NCBI GenBank assembly: GCA_012295275.1
Contig: CM022671.1
Span: 28,458,001 to 28,522,000, forward strand
Origin: Chrysomallon squamiferum
Taxonomy: Eukaryota > Animalia > Mollusca
Reading direction: 5' to 3'
DNA length: 64,000 nucleotides
Each line of letters opens with the position of its first letter. Position 1 is the stretch's first letter. Made by a program: the position numbers and the translations under genes. Shown in pieces: positions 12,179 to 25,300 of this stretch. Under the pieces are notes generated by a model. It was not told the origin of the DNA, ran no database searches, and was given only the letters and a program-made list of their open reading frames with translations.

Positions 12179-14039
12179 AATTAATAAGCGAGACGTTCTG
12201 GTTCATAGCTGCGACTCATCAACAGATGTTTATAAATGTTGTTTTGCTGTGATAGTGTATTTTGCAAATAAGTGAATAAATAAATAGAAGGAAAGAGGAA
12301 CAATGACAACAAATAAAATAATAATAGTCATAATACTAAATGAATAAATAAATAAATTAAAAAAAAAAAAATAATAATAATAAAAAATAAGCAAACAAAT
12401 AAAATAAAATAAAATAAAATAAAATAAGTAATAAAAATGAAAATAATTTAAATAAATAAATAAATTCAAGAAATAAAACAATATTTAAAAACCACACACG
12501 CACATGCACACATGCTTAATATTAAATTTAGTTGGAATACCAGTTGGTATCTGAATTTGTTTTCCTAAATATTAAAAACAAAATTGTATTATTATCGGGT
12601 TTTTTTTTTCTTTCTTTTTTTCTATTATTCTGTTTACAGTAATTGCTTTTCTTACTTTTTAAATTACTTAAATTGCTTTTGGGATTATCAGTTTTTCTTC
12701 CATTCTTTTCTTTTTTTTTTCTTTTTTCTTTATTTTTAAACAATTTTTTTTTGTTTTTTGCTTGTTTTTTAAAACTTTTTTCAGAACAATTTAAATTTAT
12801 GACATTGCTAAGAACCGCAAACCACAGATAATTACATTTGAATAAAAAAAATGTTTTGTTTAAAGTTAAAACTTTTTTTTATGTATTTTACTTCATGGTA
12901 CGTTTTTAGCTCTTTGTCTTGTATTTATATGTCTTGACAAAGTGAATTAAGTTTGGCCAAAAATCTTTATCCAATCAATCAGTGATAAGAAATAAGTGTG
13001 TGTCTCTGAGGAAAAATCTATCACTATACAAAGCTAGCCTCTGTGAATAATTCATATTACATGATTCATTGGGTAGTTGTAACGATCCAAGTTTCAGATT
13101 GAAAGTCTTTTTCTTCATTTCTCTTGCTACCTTTGTGATTAGTCACTAATAGTTAAGGAATGTAAGGGACCAGATGGAGGTGATGGAGGTGACAGAGGTC
13201 TAACTCAAGACACCAGAATGCAATTACATTTCCCAATTCAGCAGTTACACAAATATTGTTTGCTTTTGATAGAAATCTGTTGTTTCCAATCAGAGAATGT
13301 ATCTGAATATGTTCACTTGATGCAGCACAGTTTTATTCTCTGGTCACAAGACAGATTTGTAATATTTACCAGACTTGTTTTTCTCTCTGAGCAAACCCAA
13401 TCACTATCAGTGTCTTCTTTGTAACCAGGCTGTGGAAAATAGAAGATATACTTGTCTGCTGAGATTTTCACTTGAGCAAATAATTAAACACCAAGACTGC
13501 TTCTGAAGTGCATCTTGTCCAAGTATTTTGTCACTTGACAAGAAAAGAAGCTGATGATAAGTCCTGAAATAAGAATGTCACTACAGGCAGCACAACGCTG
13601 TAGTAGCACTGTAAGATATCCCCGTAGTCGATGAGTTTAGTCAGAGTGCCGTCTTTTTCAGTGTAACTGTTCTGATGAAGTTGCAGTATGTTGTAGTGAA
13701 CCTAAGTTTAAACATTTATATTCTGTACAATAAATATTATTTAATAATAATAATAATCCTTTAATCAATCTTTTATTATTATTATTATTAGTAGTAGTAG
13801 TAGTAGTAGTAGCAGTAGTAGTAGTAGTAGTATTTAAATCATTTATGTATTCTCTGTTTTCTTTAACTTTGTGTCAGTTTTATATTTTTCATCTTTTTTT
13901 GTGTCTGTTAATGTTTACACTGCTTTGGTTTCTCTTGTATGTGTACATCTCTTAATAGCTATTACTTTTTTTTACTATTTGATTTTTTTTAATACGTGTA
14001 TCTAAGATTCTCATTTTGTGATATATCTTTATGTAGTTG

Positions 14040-14700
14040 TTTATTATGCAATAATCTCTGTTTATTTATCTATATAAGCATTTATGCTGTTTTTTATATA
14101 ACTATTTTGAGATACGTCTTTGTGTATGTTCTATAAAACTGTTCAGTGATATACCTGTGTATGTCTATATATAACTCTTTACATACAATTCTTTATTCTG
14201 TAATGTACCTGTCTATGTTTATATATGACTCTTTATTCAGTGATCTATCTCGTTATATCTGTATATAACTGTTTGTTATATATGTATGTCTGTTACAGTA
14301 GATATCTTTAATATGTGATACATATTTATGTTTGTCTCTGTATAACTATTTTTTCTTAGATATATCTGTTTGTATATAGCTATTCTGGTATGTTTCAATG
14401 TATGTCTCTCTATATTCTGTGCACATATATAATTTTATTATGTAGTGCATTTTTATTATATATAATTTTGTGTATGTCTGTGTATAAATGTTTATTTTTA
14501 TTTTATTTTACTGTTTGTCCAAATACAACTTTTTTCTATGGTACATTTCTTAGTGTTTCAGTATATAACTCTTTATTCATCAGTGTGTGTACACATACAA
14601 TTGTGCATTCTTTGGTATATCTTTGTGTGTACTTTTATATAACTCTTCCTTATATGATTAAAATTTCTATGCGTCTAAATTTAACTCTTCATTCTGACAT
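14040..14700. repeat. Highly degenerate ~40 bp tandem repeat in the PLCXD intron (tatataactctttattcagtgatatatctgtgtatgtc)
   Basis: Recurrent tataactctt / tatgtct motifs at roughly regular spacing. Confidence 0.6.
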
Positions 14701-16764
14701 ACATCAGTTGGCTTCGGAAGATTTAATACTTTAATCGGAAAGAATGTCTTGGAAACACAATTGAGCAGCTAGCCAAGTCTGCACAAGATAGTTAGATTAG
14801 TGCAGTAGAAAATTAATTTAAGAGACGACTGTATCGCGGGCATTACATGTCTCCACTTAGTTCTGGGTAAATTCCTGCACTAGAATTCAATCTCTGTGAC
14901 TGTTCTTTATGTACAACCTTTACACTATTGAGATGAATGTTTGTTTGAATATTATATTGCAGCCTTTATGATTTCACAAGAATTATTGGTCTTGGGTTTT
15001 GCTGGAGATTGTGCCAAAAACTGCATTCCTGTGCAAAAGCTGATACCACCAATTTAATTAAGTCTCACAAAGTGATATTATTTTGTACTGCTTTGACCCA
15101 GGAAGGTACACTGCTGTTATTTTAGATAATTCCAGGAGGAGAGTAATTTATTGTTTGTTGTCAGTTTTCTAATCATATTGTTGTCATCGCTTTTCAGTTT
15201 TGCGTGTACCATATCTTAGACATCAGAATTTGTGTCTTGTTTTTCCTGAATGCAGTAAAACAGCTATTTGCCATTCCTGAATCTGATAAACCAAAAATAT
15301 AATAGGTTTTTTTTTTTTTTTTTTTTGCCTATCTGGCAAAATGTGTGTGTGAAGGATACCTTACTGCCAGTAGAGAAATGTAAAGACTGTTCTGTGATAA
15401 CTACTGTTAGAAATAGTAAATACGTAACATCCACCTATTCAAAGGTGAAAATTAATTAATGTGTTTAATGGAACTTCTAAATAAACTAACTAAAAAGTAA
15501 AATTAAAAAATAATAATAATTAAATAAAAATATCTGAAATATTAATTTTGACCATACCATGAGAATTTTATTTTAAATAAATGATTTCAGATGATTATTG
15601 ATTGATTTAAGTTGTTCATCTTCAGAAACAGTAAAAAACAACAAAAATCTAATAGTGCTTGAATTATTAATATTTGTTATATGAGACTGAAACTAAACTG
15701 ATAATTAAACTTTAAAGAAACATCTTTTTTTAAAGGTTACCAACTTCTTCAGTATTAAATTTTGTAGATTAAGGAATATATGATTTAAATTATTTGTCAT
15801 TTGTTATACAGCACTCCACAAGAGAAAGCTACAAATCCTTATTTTCAAGTTATAATGTATTTTTTTTAAAACTAAATTATGAATATCATTGACATTCAGT
15901 ACTGAAAAGTTTTTGTGAACTGCTGCATATGAGACATATAAATGTTGTTGACATTCGGTACTAAAAAATATTTATCATTTGCTACATTATAAGACATAGA
16001 AGATATAAAAAAATCCATATTTCCAAACCTCCACAAACAGCTTAGGAAATAACATTTCTTTAATTAATCTTTAAAGAGATATCAGAATGTTTAAAGGTGT
16101 GCTCATAGAAGCATTGATTAATATTCAATTAGCAGAACTTGCATTTTCTCTTTGATATCTTAATTAAAAGAAAATGAACAGTCTGCAGTTTCCTTTTTAA
16201 GTGATTATATTACGTCATCTGACAGAAATATTTATTAAAGTCTTTATCCTGTTTCTGTTGGCTTAAGTTTCTAATTAAATCCAATAAGAAAACAAAACAG
16301 AGAGTAAAGTACATTTATTACTGGATGTTACAGCAATGTCATGTTCAGTACAAGTTGTTACATAATGCAATTTATAACGATGATACTTGCTATGACGAGG
16401 ATGGTAATAATCTGAAGTTATTTGAATTAAATTCATTAATAATGACTTCTTTTTCTTCTAAAATTTTAAAACCATATATAAAATGATTTAACTTGATAGT
16501 TGTAAGATCTTGTTATTATTATTATTATTCAGTACAGAAATAAAAGTATAATGGTCATACCGTTTAAATTTCTTTTTACTAAACTTCATAAAAGTTGTCA
16601 TATACATCTCAGAACATTTTATTCCTCAAGAAATTTTAATTTATTTTTTTAAATCAATATTTTAAAAAGAAATATTGGATCTTTTTACTTTTTTTTCCTT
16701 TCTGAACTTTTTGTACAAGAATAAATTCTACCAACATCAAGACTGGGGAATTATTGAAATTTGT

Positions 16765-17205
16765 CACATTTGAATATTCAGCAGGATTTTGGTCATGAAA
16801 GGATTATATCCACAAAGAGATCTATGGAACATCACTGTCAACAGCAAGCATGTTGATGAATATTTTCTTCTTCTTTTCTTTTTTTATAGCTCACATTCTT
16901 TGTAACAGTCTCTGCATGAACCTGATACTATGATCAGTTACTATGATCTGATGGAATCAGTGATGCAAAATATTCAAACCAGATTTTTGGTCAAGGCTGC
17001 TGTGGCATGATGAATATTTTCACACTTGAATTGAGATTCTTATACCATATAACTCTAACACACGACCAGTGAGTTAATAAGATTTGACAACTGATGAAAA
17101 ATTGCGTTACTGAATATTCATCTGGATCTTCGGTCATTTATACCCACAATGAAATCAGCAGAACATGGCTGTCTGCGTGCATGCCTCTCGGAGAATTTCA
17201 CAGCA
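16765..17205. repeat. Three diverged copies of a motif block (aatattca..gatttt/cttcggtca...gcatg...gaatattttc)
   Basis: Copies begin near 16772, 16968 and 17112. Confidence 0.6.
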
Positions 17206-17896
17206 ACCTACATTGATCTGATCCTTATATTTCATTTTCTAATCACAACAAGAATGAGTCATTGGCACTTCTTTCTAAAAGATTAATAAGTCAGACCACG
17301 CACAGACAGATCGATTTTTTTTATTTATATATTTTTTTCTCTTTATTTACATTAGGGTTATATGGGTTTTTTTTCTATCAGCACAATGAAGTTAATGAGA
17401 TTATTCCAGGTCTGCTTAGCATCTTTTTAATTACTTCAGCTTATGTGTGTGTGTGAATCTGACACTCTCTGTTTGTACACGTCTTTATCTTCCTTGTTTC
17501 CATGTGAGAAGGTATTAGGCTGTGAAATTAGTTAATTCTCCGGTTTTTACTGCAGAAAATAAGTTCGTAGAGATCATTAGATTTAAGTAAAAGTGAAAAC
17601 ATGGTTATTAAGTGTGAGAAAGTCAGTTAATATATTTAAAAAAACAAACATTTTATATATAAACTGTGTGTGTGTGTTCATATTTTGATTGAAGTTGAAA
17701 ATTACACTATTATAAGTAGTTCACATTTATTAATAACTGAAAAAAAAAAAACCACCCAAAAACCAGCTCTTAAATCATCAAGAGTTCTCTGTCTGTTTCT
17801 CTTTATTATGTCTTTAATGTTAAAGTAATTTAAAAGCTTCATATATCAAAATTATATATATTATGCTTCCATATTTTGTCACTGTTATTGTCTACA

Positions 17897-17932
<36 letters not shown>

Positions 17933-18519
17933 ATGCCAAGGAAAAATAGTGTCACAGATACAGCTGTTTTTAATTCTGGTTTCTAGAAAGTATTAAAAGT
18001 GAAATTATTAAAAAAAATTAGGGATGGTTTGCAGCAAAAAAGAAATTGTTATTGAAATTTCTATAGCACTGCCAACTGCTAAGAGCAACCACTGGTATTA
18101 ATTTCATAATAACATAGAAATTTTATTATTCCTTTATTGTTGGATGTTAAATGAAATAAACATTGTCTATAAACTGTTACAGTGTGAAAAAAAGAAAACA
18201 GATCATGTATTTTTTGTATTGTTTATCATGCTAGTTTTCATTTATGATTGTTTCTATTTTATAGATACTAGCTCATAATCACATTAATAATTCTTCTTTC
18301 TAAGTATGAATAAGAAAAAAATAATTGTCACTGATTTTTTTTTCAGAGTTAAATGAATGGGTTAATTCACTGAGGGTAATAATGGCTGTAATGTACAGGA
18401 TTTGTGTGAGAAATTGCTGTGCTTGATTTAGTTACAGTTAAGGGAATTTATGGTTTTGGTAATAATCTATCACAGTATTATTCAACCACTAGTAAAATGT
18501 TTTTCTTTTGTTTTTTTAG

Positions 18520-19355
18520 GTTCACATGACTCTTTCTCATTTGGCTTGGAGAGATCATCAGAGATTGGTCCAGACACTGCCCAGGCAATTCGTGACCTGG
18601 TCAAGGTGTTTGGTGCAATGGCTAAAGATGTGATCTATCGCTGGTCTATGACTCAGAGTTTGACGTTCACACAACAGCTGTGTGCGGGGATTCGATACTT
18701 TGACTTGAGAATCTCCACCAGACAGAATTCAAACGACATCTTCTTTCTGCATTGCCTCTTTGGCAGCAAGGTGGAGCCCTGCCTGCAAGAGATCAATTCG
18801 TTCCTGCAGCAGCATCCCAAAGAGGTCATTATTCTGGACTTCAACCACATCTACGGCTTCACTGAGGACAATCACACACAGATGCTGCCCATTATCCAAG
18901 GAGTGTTTGGCAGCAAGCTGTGTCCTGTCCAGAACATGGACAGTCTCACTCTGAGCAACATGTGGAAGAACCACTATCAAGTGATTGTGATCTACCACCA
19001 GGATGACTTGGCTAAGCAGTGCAACGTCATCTGGCCCAAGTCAACCATCAGGAGTCAGTGGCCCAATACAACAGATGTTGATCAGATGATCAAGTTTCAG
19101 GACCAAGTGCTTGCTGAAAGTCACTTGTGTAAGGACAGTTTCATAGTGAACCAAGGAGTTCTCACTCCTGATGCTACTTATATTATGAGTCGATTCACTG
19201 GAAGTTTAAGGACAGATCTTGTTGCCAAGGCTGTCCCGGCTTTCATAAAATGGCTGCAGACGAAGAAAGCTGAAACGAAAAGTTTGAATATATGTATTAT
19301 AGACTATGTGGAAAAGGAAGGTTTTATTGAGCAAATTATAGATTTTAACAAGTAA
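18520..19355 (+). CDS. PLCXD3: PI-PLC X domain-containing protein (PLCXD2/3-like), coding exon 2 to stop; total protein 316 aa
   Basis: Acceptor tttttttag at 18519. Motifs GSHDSF, QL-x-AGIRYFDLR, KEVIILDFNH, W-x-NTTD, Q-x-VLTP and NI-x-x-x-DYVE match vertebrate PLCXD2/3. Both catalytic His residues are present (codons 18525-18527 and 18750-18752). Orthology is to the PLCXD2/3 group rather than to PLCXD3 specifically. Confidence 0.95.
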
Positions 19356-22177
19356 GAATATTTAAATATGTAGAGCATTACAGTTTTAAATTACACTGTA
19401 GCTGTGTATATTAAAGAGGTTTAGGTTTTAATGATTCTGTTTTATCAGTTTTTATTTGTGTTTGAATCTTAAATATGTTGACGGGACCATCAAAATTAAT
19501 TATTTCATATGAAATTATTCTGATTGTGAATGTATAAGGACTTGTAATGATTGTTGAAGGAACAAATAACTGTATTAAGTCAATTTCAGAACAAAGTTTT
19601 ATCTGTTAAGCTGGTTAATAATAATGAAGTTAATCTTACACTCAAACATATCTGCCAGTTTTAAGAAATTTCACTTGATCTATGTACTTTGTTTTTATGA
19701 TAAGAAATTTTATAACTAAATTTTATTTTGAATACTTAAAACTTTTTAAACTCAAAATTTATTTATATATACAGATATTTTTGAAACTGTTTTTCTCATG
19801 AAAAAGATATGGGTACAAACATTTTAAAATGGCTTTAGATTAAAAATAATTTGTATATCTTATTGTGGTTGTTTCTAAGACAATAGTAATTTTTGAAAAT
19901 AATATGTTAACGTGTATTACTTTCTGTTGTACTGTGATTTTTAAACTGCTACTTTCTTTACTTGGCTCAGATTAGATTTTCTGATCAGGATTTATTGTGA
20001 TGATGGAAATGCAGTTCAGTTTGAAATATTTAATTCTTTAAAACAAAATGTAAACCGAAACATGAGGTTACCATATTGTATTACTATGTATATGCTGTTG
20101 TCTGTTAGCTATATGTGTGATACAAACATCACTTACAGATTTTGCTTTTGACAAACAGACACAAAATGATATAATATTATATGATTGTTCTAAATGTATT
20201 TCAAATAGTATTGAAATGTTGATTATTTCATTACCCAGTAATACAGACCTGTCAAAAACACTTTCAACTCACTTTCATGCTTTTTATTAACTAACATTCA
20301 ACATCCACGGTCTTTAATTCATCACACTTTTTAAACATCAGAATTAGATTAGTAAGCTTGTTATATTGGAAGTGATGAAAGAGTATGTGTTGCCCTAGCA
20401 AAGCCCTGTGACATGAATTCCTTAATAAGCTAATGTTTGAATTCTCCAGAGAGACGTTATTCCGTCTTTAAGAAGTAGGTGTCCTTTACGGCCATCTTGT
20501 TTAATGGATGATTCTGACCCAGGGTGACCAAGATTCCAAGACCTCACAATACATTTCTCTCATGGTGACATAGATTAGAATCCATCATTATTTATCTATG
20601 TCAGTAATACAATCACAACACCAGAGAAATTTTGAAAATTATTATTATTATTTCAATGTAGTTGCGCTTTTTTCTTTCCAAATCCATATTCCAGAATGCA
20701 GTGTAATCATAACTCATTGATCATGTTACAAATGTTCCTGCTTGTATTTGCATTATTCTTGTCTGACATAATTCCTTTGTGTGCACCTTACTATCATGGT
20801 TGTTTTTGTAGACATGAAAATCTATAGCTTTTTAATGTTAACATCTATTACAGTGTACTAGACTGATTTACACATTTATTTCCGAATGACTGCAGCATTT
20901 TGAAGATATTTAATAAGTTTTGTGAGGAATAACATTCATTAAAAAATAATTTTTGTGGGTTTAATGATGGTAGCTTTTTGCTTTATTTTTGATGATTTTC
21001 TGTTTGGATTTTTAAGGATTGTAGGTATAACAATATTTTGCTTATTTGGTTGGACGATTGTGTGATTTGTTGGACAAACGTTAAAGTTTCATAATAATCT
21101 TGTTGTTTAATCTTATTATACCAAGTGTCAGTCTAAATACTGGAAATACAATAATGAAACAGAGAAAAGGTATGTTTATTTTTGACAAAAAGATAATTTT
21201 AAAGGTAATATTTTATAATCACATTTCATATATTTGCTGGTTTAAGGTAAAACAATCAGTGAAAAGACAAGTCATGTAATTAGTTAGAGTTAAAAAAACT
21301 GCAGGTAATGTTATATGGGCAGAGTTTAGCAATGCCACATGACCAGTTTGTCGTTTGTCAGAGGTTTTTCTGACTAAGGGAAGGTTTACATAAAACATCA
21401 TTTCTTGCTGTTGTTTGTTTAAACAGCCTGCAAGAAAAAAAGATTCATAAAATGTATTGAGATATCACTGAAAATTCATTCATTCATTTTATTTGGAATT
21501 GAATCATCAAAGACTACGAAATACTAACAAAACAGTATTATTAACCAAATACCAAAACTATGTATAATGGATAAAATATTAAAGAAATCATTTACTGTTG
21601 ATCTGCAGGTTAATGTGGTAGTTTATACTTCTGAACCTGTTTTAAAATATTTTTGCTTATTTATTTGTTGTTGAGACCTGAAATTCTGAATCATGGTTCT
21701 CTCAGATTGTGGAGGCTGATCAGTGATCAGAAATCTGGAACCTACATCTTATCATATATTATTTATTATCATCTGAAATATTTTGCATATTTGAAAGCTG
21801 CAGATAACATCAGTAAACGTATATCAAACTGTATTTATTTATTTATTTCGGGGCTTAAATATTTTTCATACAAGTATCTGCTGCAGGCTTGTACTTTTAA
21901 CTTGAGCGTGGAGCATCCAGACCTCGTAATTTTGTTTACCTCAAGCTGATTGAGACATGCAGTGCGATCTGGAGACTGTGCTACTGCATCTTAGACGTTT
22001 GCCTCACACGTAGCTGCTGTGAAAAAGCCAGTGCACTTTATTTTGTTTGCTTAAATTGTGTTAAGAGTTATTTTGGGATTTCCATTCCCACTAATGGTCA
22101 GTTTCTGCTTAAAGGAATTTCTGTCTGTTTTCATGATGGAAATTGCTCTCACACTTTTGCTTTCACAAAAAGAACTC

Positions 22178-22330
22178 AGCTGTAGCTTAGTGGTTAGAGT
22201 ATTTTCCTCACTGGCATAAATGATTTATCAAAGATTATGTTCCTATTTTCTCCTGAAAGTTGCACATTAAATACCCCTGGTTAGTAGAAATAGGAAGAGT
22301 TGAGTTGTGGCAGCAGGTTCACACTGAATC
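22178..22330 (+). mobile_element. Decayed tRNA-derived SINE
   Basis: Pol III A-box-like tagcttagtggttagag (22183-22199), followed by a degenerate copy of the shared core (gaaagttgcacattaaatacccctgg). Confidence 0.55.
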
Positions 22331-25300
22331 GTAATTCAAGAAATTTGTTAGAATTATTGACATTTATAAAGTCTACTCTGAATTCTTAATTAAAGAAATA
22401 CATCATCATTAAAAAAAAAAATACACTAGTATTGCTAATATCAAGTGAACAACAACGACAAAAACAAAACAAAAATATCTGATTTAATGAGTATTCATTA
22501 ATTCATTCATTCCTACTGGTAGTATTATTCTTATTTTTTTTAATCAGTTAATTAGCATATATAATTAATTTTTCTTATTATTTTTTTATTTGTATTATTT
22601 TTTTTAATGTGTTTGGATTGTAACAGAAAATAGTCGTGAAAACCTCCTTAATGCTAAATTTCATGATCCAAAGAAAAAAGCAAAAAAAAAAAAATAATGA
22701 TTACAAAAATCAAATTACAAAACTTTGTCATGTATGTGAGAGTTACTTGAAGACAAACTCCTCTAGATCACTGTTATTGCAGCTGCCACTCAACTGTAAC
22801 AATAAACATGGCCAGTCTGTGTAGTTACAGCTGTCACTGGAGCAGGACAACAAGCACAGACTAAATGAACCTCTTGTAAAGGGATATGGTAACTACTACT
22901 TGTAGTTACACTCAGGGTTATAAAATTAAATGTATGTTGTATGTTGTAAATAAAAATAATAAAAAAAGAAACAGATTGAATGAGATAGGGAGGGGAATAG
23001 AATGTGTTTCTTTTTATAGTTATTCTTTTTATTTCTCTTCTTTTTTTTTTTTTTTTTTGCAGTTCTGTTCTGCACACTATTCCCAAATCCTGTAAATGTT
23101 TATTTTAAAATGCAATTTCACACCAGCATCTACTGCGTCTGTATTCAGATGCAATCTTGAAAAGCTTTCTAATTTTGCCTTCTCTGTGTGCAGTACTTAT
23201 AAATAACACATAAAGCTGCTATTGTTTCATGCAATGAATATTTTTATTATTTTTAACTGATGTGAACACAAGTACAGAGCTTTAGTTGTCTGCTTCTTTC
23301 AAAGATGTTTCTCTCATACTGAACATTTTATGCACAATGTAAACTTTATGTAATGAAGGAATGTTTGTTTTCATTAGCAATGGGTTTTTATTGTTTATTT
23401 ATTTATTTATTTTATTTTATTTTTATTTTTATTTTTATTTTTTCGGTATCATTTTTACTGAAAAGGAAAGCCAGTGTTTCATTCGTTGTACTTAACTATA
23501 AGCAGCAAGTAATCTTATATGTGCACCAGACCAACATTACACGTTAAAACTTACAGAAGAGTTTTTGTTAATAAATAATAAAATAATTTAAAAAATAAAT
23601 AAATAAAAACTCTGTATAGATGAGATAGAGGTTCAATGAGCAAATTGTGAAGCATCAGTCCTGTGATAAATCTTTCTTCAGACCAGCACTCAAATCACTA
23701 AGCTACAAATCAGCCACAGCAAATTAGTTATTGTTATTGCTGCCTGAAGGAAGTAATATTTCTTAACATCACGGTCTTTGTTGAAATGAGTTAACTGATT
23801 TAATTTGGTATTTGTTGAAAGACAATGGAGGCACTTCATTTCATTCTAATTGCAGTCAGCAAGCAATTTCATTCCTCCTTCAGTGACTGAAGCTTTCTGT
23901 ACTGACATACTGAATGAATATCTCTTTTATGTTGATATTCATAGCAAGAAGAAAAGATTTTTTTTTTGTTTTCAAATAATACTAATTTCATTGAATAATC
24001 ATTAAAACCACGAGCTGTTTATAAAACACCTCTCATACGGGTCATTCATTTGCAGTCAACATTTGCTTTTCTCAGACAGAGTACTTGCTTTTATTCCCAT
24101 CACAGAACTCTGAAAATCAAAGCAGTCAATTAATGGTTTAATGACTGTTTTTCTGAGACAGGACTTCGAGTCAAACATTGCGTGAGACTCACGGGCTTCA
24201 TTTGCTGTTGTGGATAATACGTTTTCCTCATTGGAAGAAGTGTGATTTGCGAGGTCATTGATTCTGCTGATCTCAGTAATTGCTCGAAAGAAGTGTTAGC
24301 TGCAGAGTCACAACTCTTACATCACTCCTGTCAGCAAACCAGTGCCTGTCATTCTCACCCTATTTTTAATCCAAACTCGACAAAACAATTTTGGAAACAC
24401 ACAACCTTATTTCAATAGGTATTGGGGTTTTTGGGGTTTTTTTTTTGTAATCTTCATATGATATGTAGATATTAATTTTATGTCTGGCAATATATTTTCA
24501 ACCATAAAATATTTTTACTTTTCATGTCTGTGCTTGATATCCATTAGAATATTGTTGCTTCGTGTATTGAGATATTTCATGAAAACTAACATTTCTAGAT
24601 CAGTATATTAACAGAAATCAGTATTTGTTGGTTGTGTTAAACATTTCTTTTGTACATGCATAACGTTTTGTAACAATAGATGTTGAAAATTTGATAATGA
24701 TGTGTGTTAATATTTTATATAATTAACAATCTTTCATAAGCCCAAACTGATATTTTCATGTAAGTTCAGTCTAAGAATTAATCTGAATGAAAGAATAATT
24801 TATGTGCATGCATGAATAACATGAACATATGTTTATCAATGGTGTTAATTAAAACGACAAACACAGCAATAACCTTATTTTTTATTTTTTTTACATTTCT
24901 TTATTTTTTTTATTTATTAATTTAATGTCATCAACAAATGTTCATTTGAATTTTAATGGCATTAATCTTCACTGACAGTAAAACAAAATAGAAAAAAAAT
25001 TGTTAAGTTAATCTCATTTATTTAGGATTGCTTACCAAAAATCAAAACTTTTAGTCGATTTATTTTCTTTTATTTATTTATTTATTTATTTATTCATTTT
25101 TCTTCTTTCTTTCTCTTTTTCTTTCTTTCTTTATTTTATGTGTATATTTATTATTTTTATTATCATCATCATTATTATTATTATTATTATTGTTATTATT
25201 TCTAAAGAATTGCCAAACACTGTTGTGTGGTTTCATCACTAACAAGTGTCTACTGTACCGACTGAAGTATTAGAGACAAATATTTTACACTATTTTTTAG

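Noticed and set aside
17008-17094. Box C (ATGATGA) ... box D (CTGA) snoRNA candidate in the PLCXD intron
   Set aside because: No terminal stem or recognisable rRNA guide, and it lies inside a degenerate repeat.
17382-17409. AG/GT-flanked 28-nt segment reading HNEVNEIIPG, reminiscent of the PLCXD exon 1 end
   Set aside because: The phase is incompatible with exon 1, the donor is weak, and the similarity is too short.
18347-18375. Strong acceptor and 29-nt segment reading LNEWVNSLR before PLCXD exon 2
   Set aside because: Inclusion would shift the frame, and the resemblance to DEWMSKL is probably coincidental.
18450-18519. N-terminal part of the 301-aa ORF (MVLVIIYHS...) as the PLCXD start
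   Set aside because: It is intron sequence ending in the acceptor; the conserved N-terminus is at 10726-10840.
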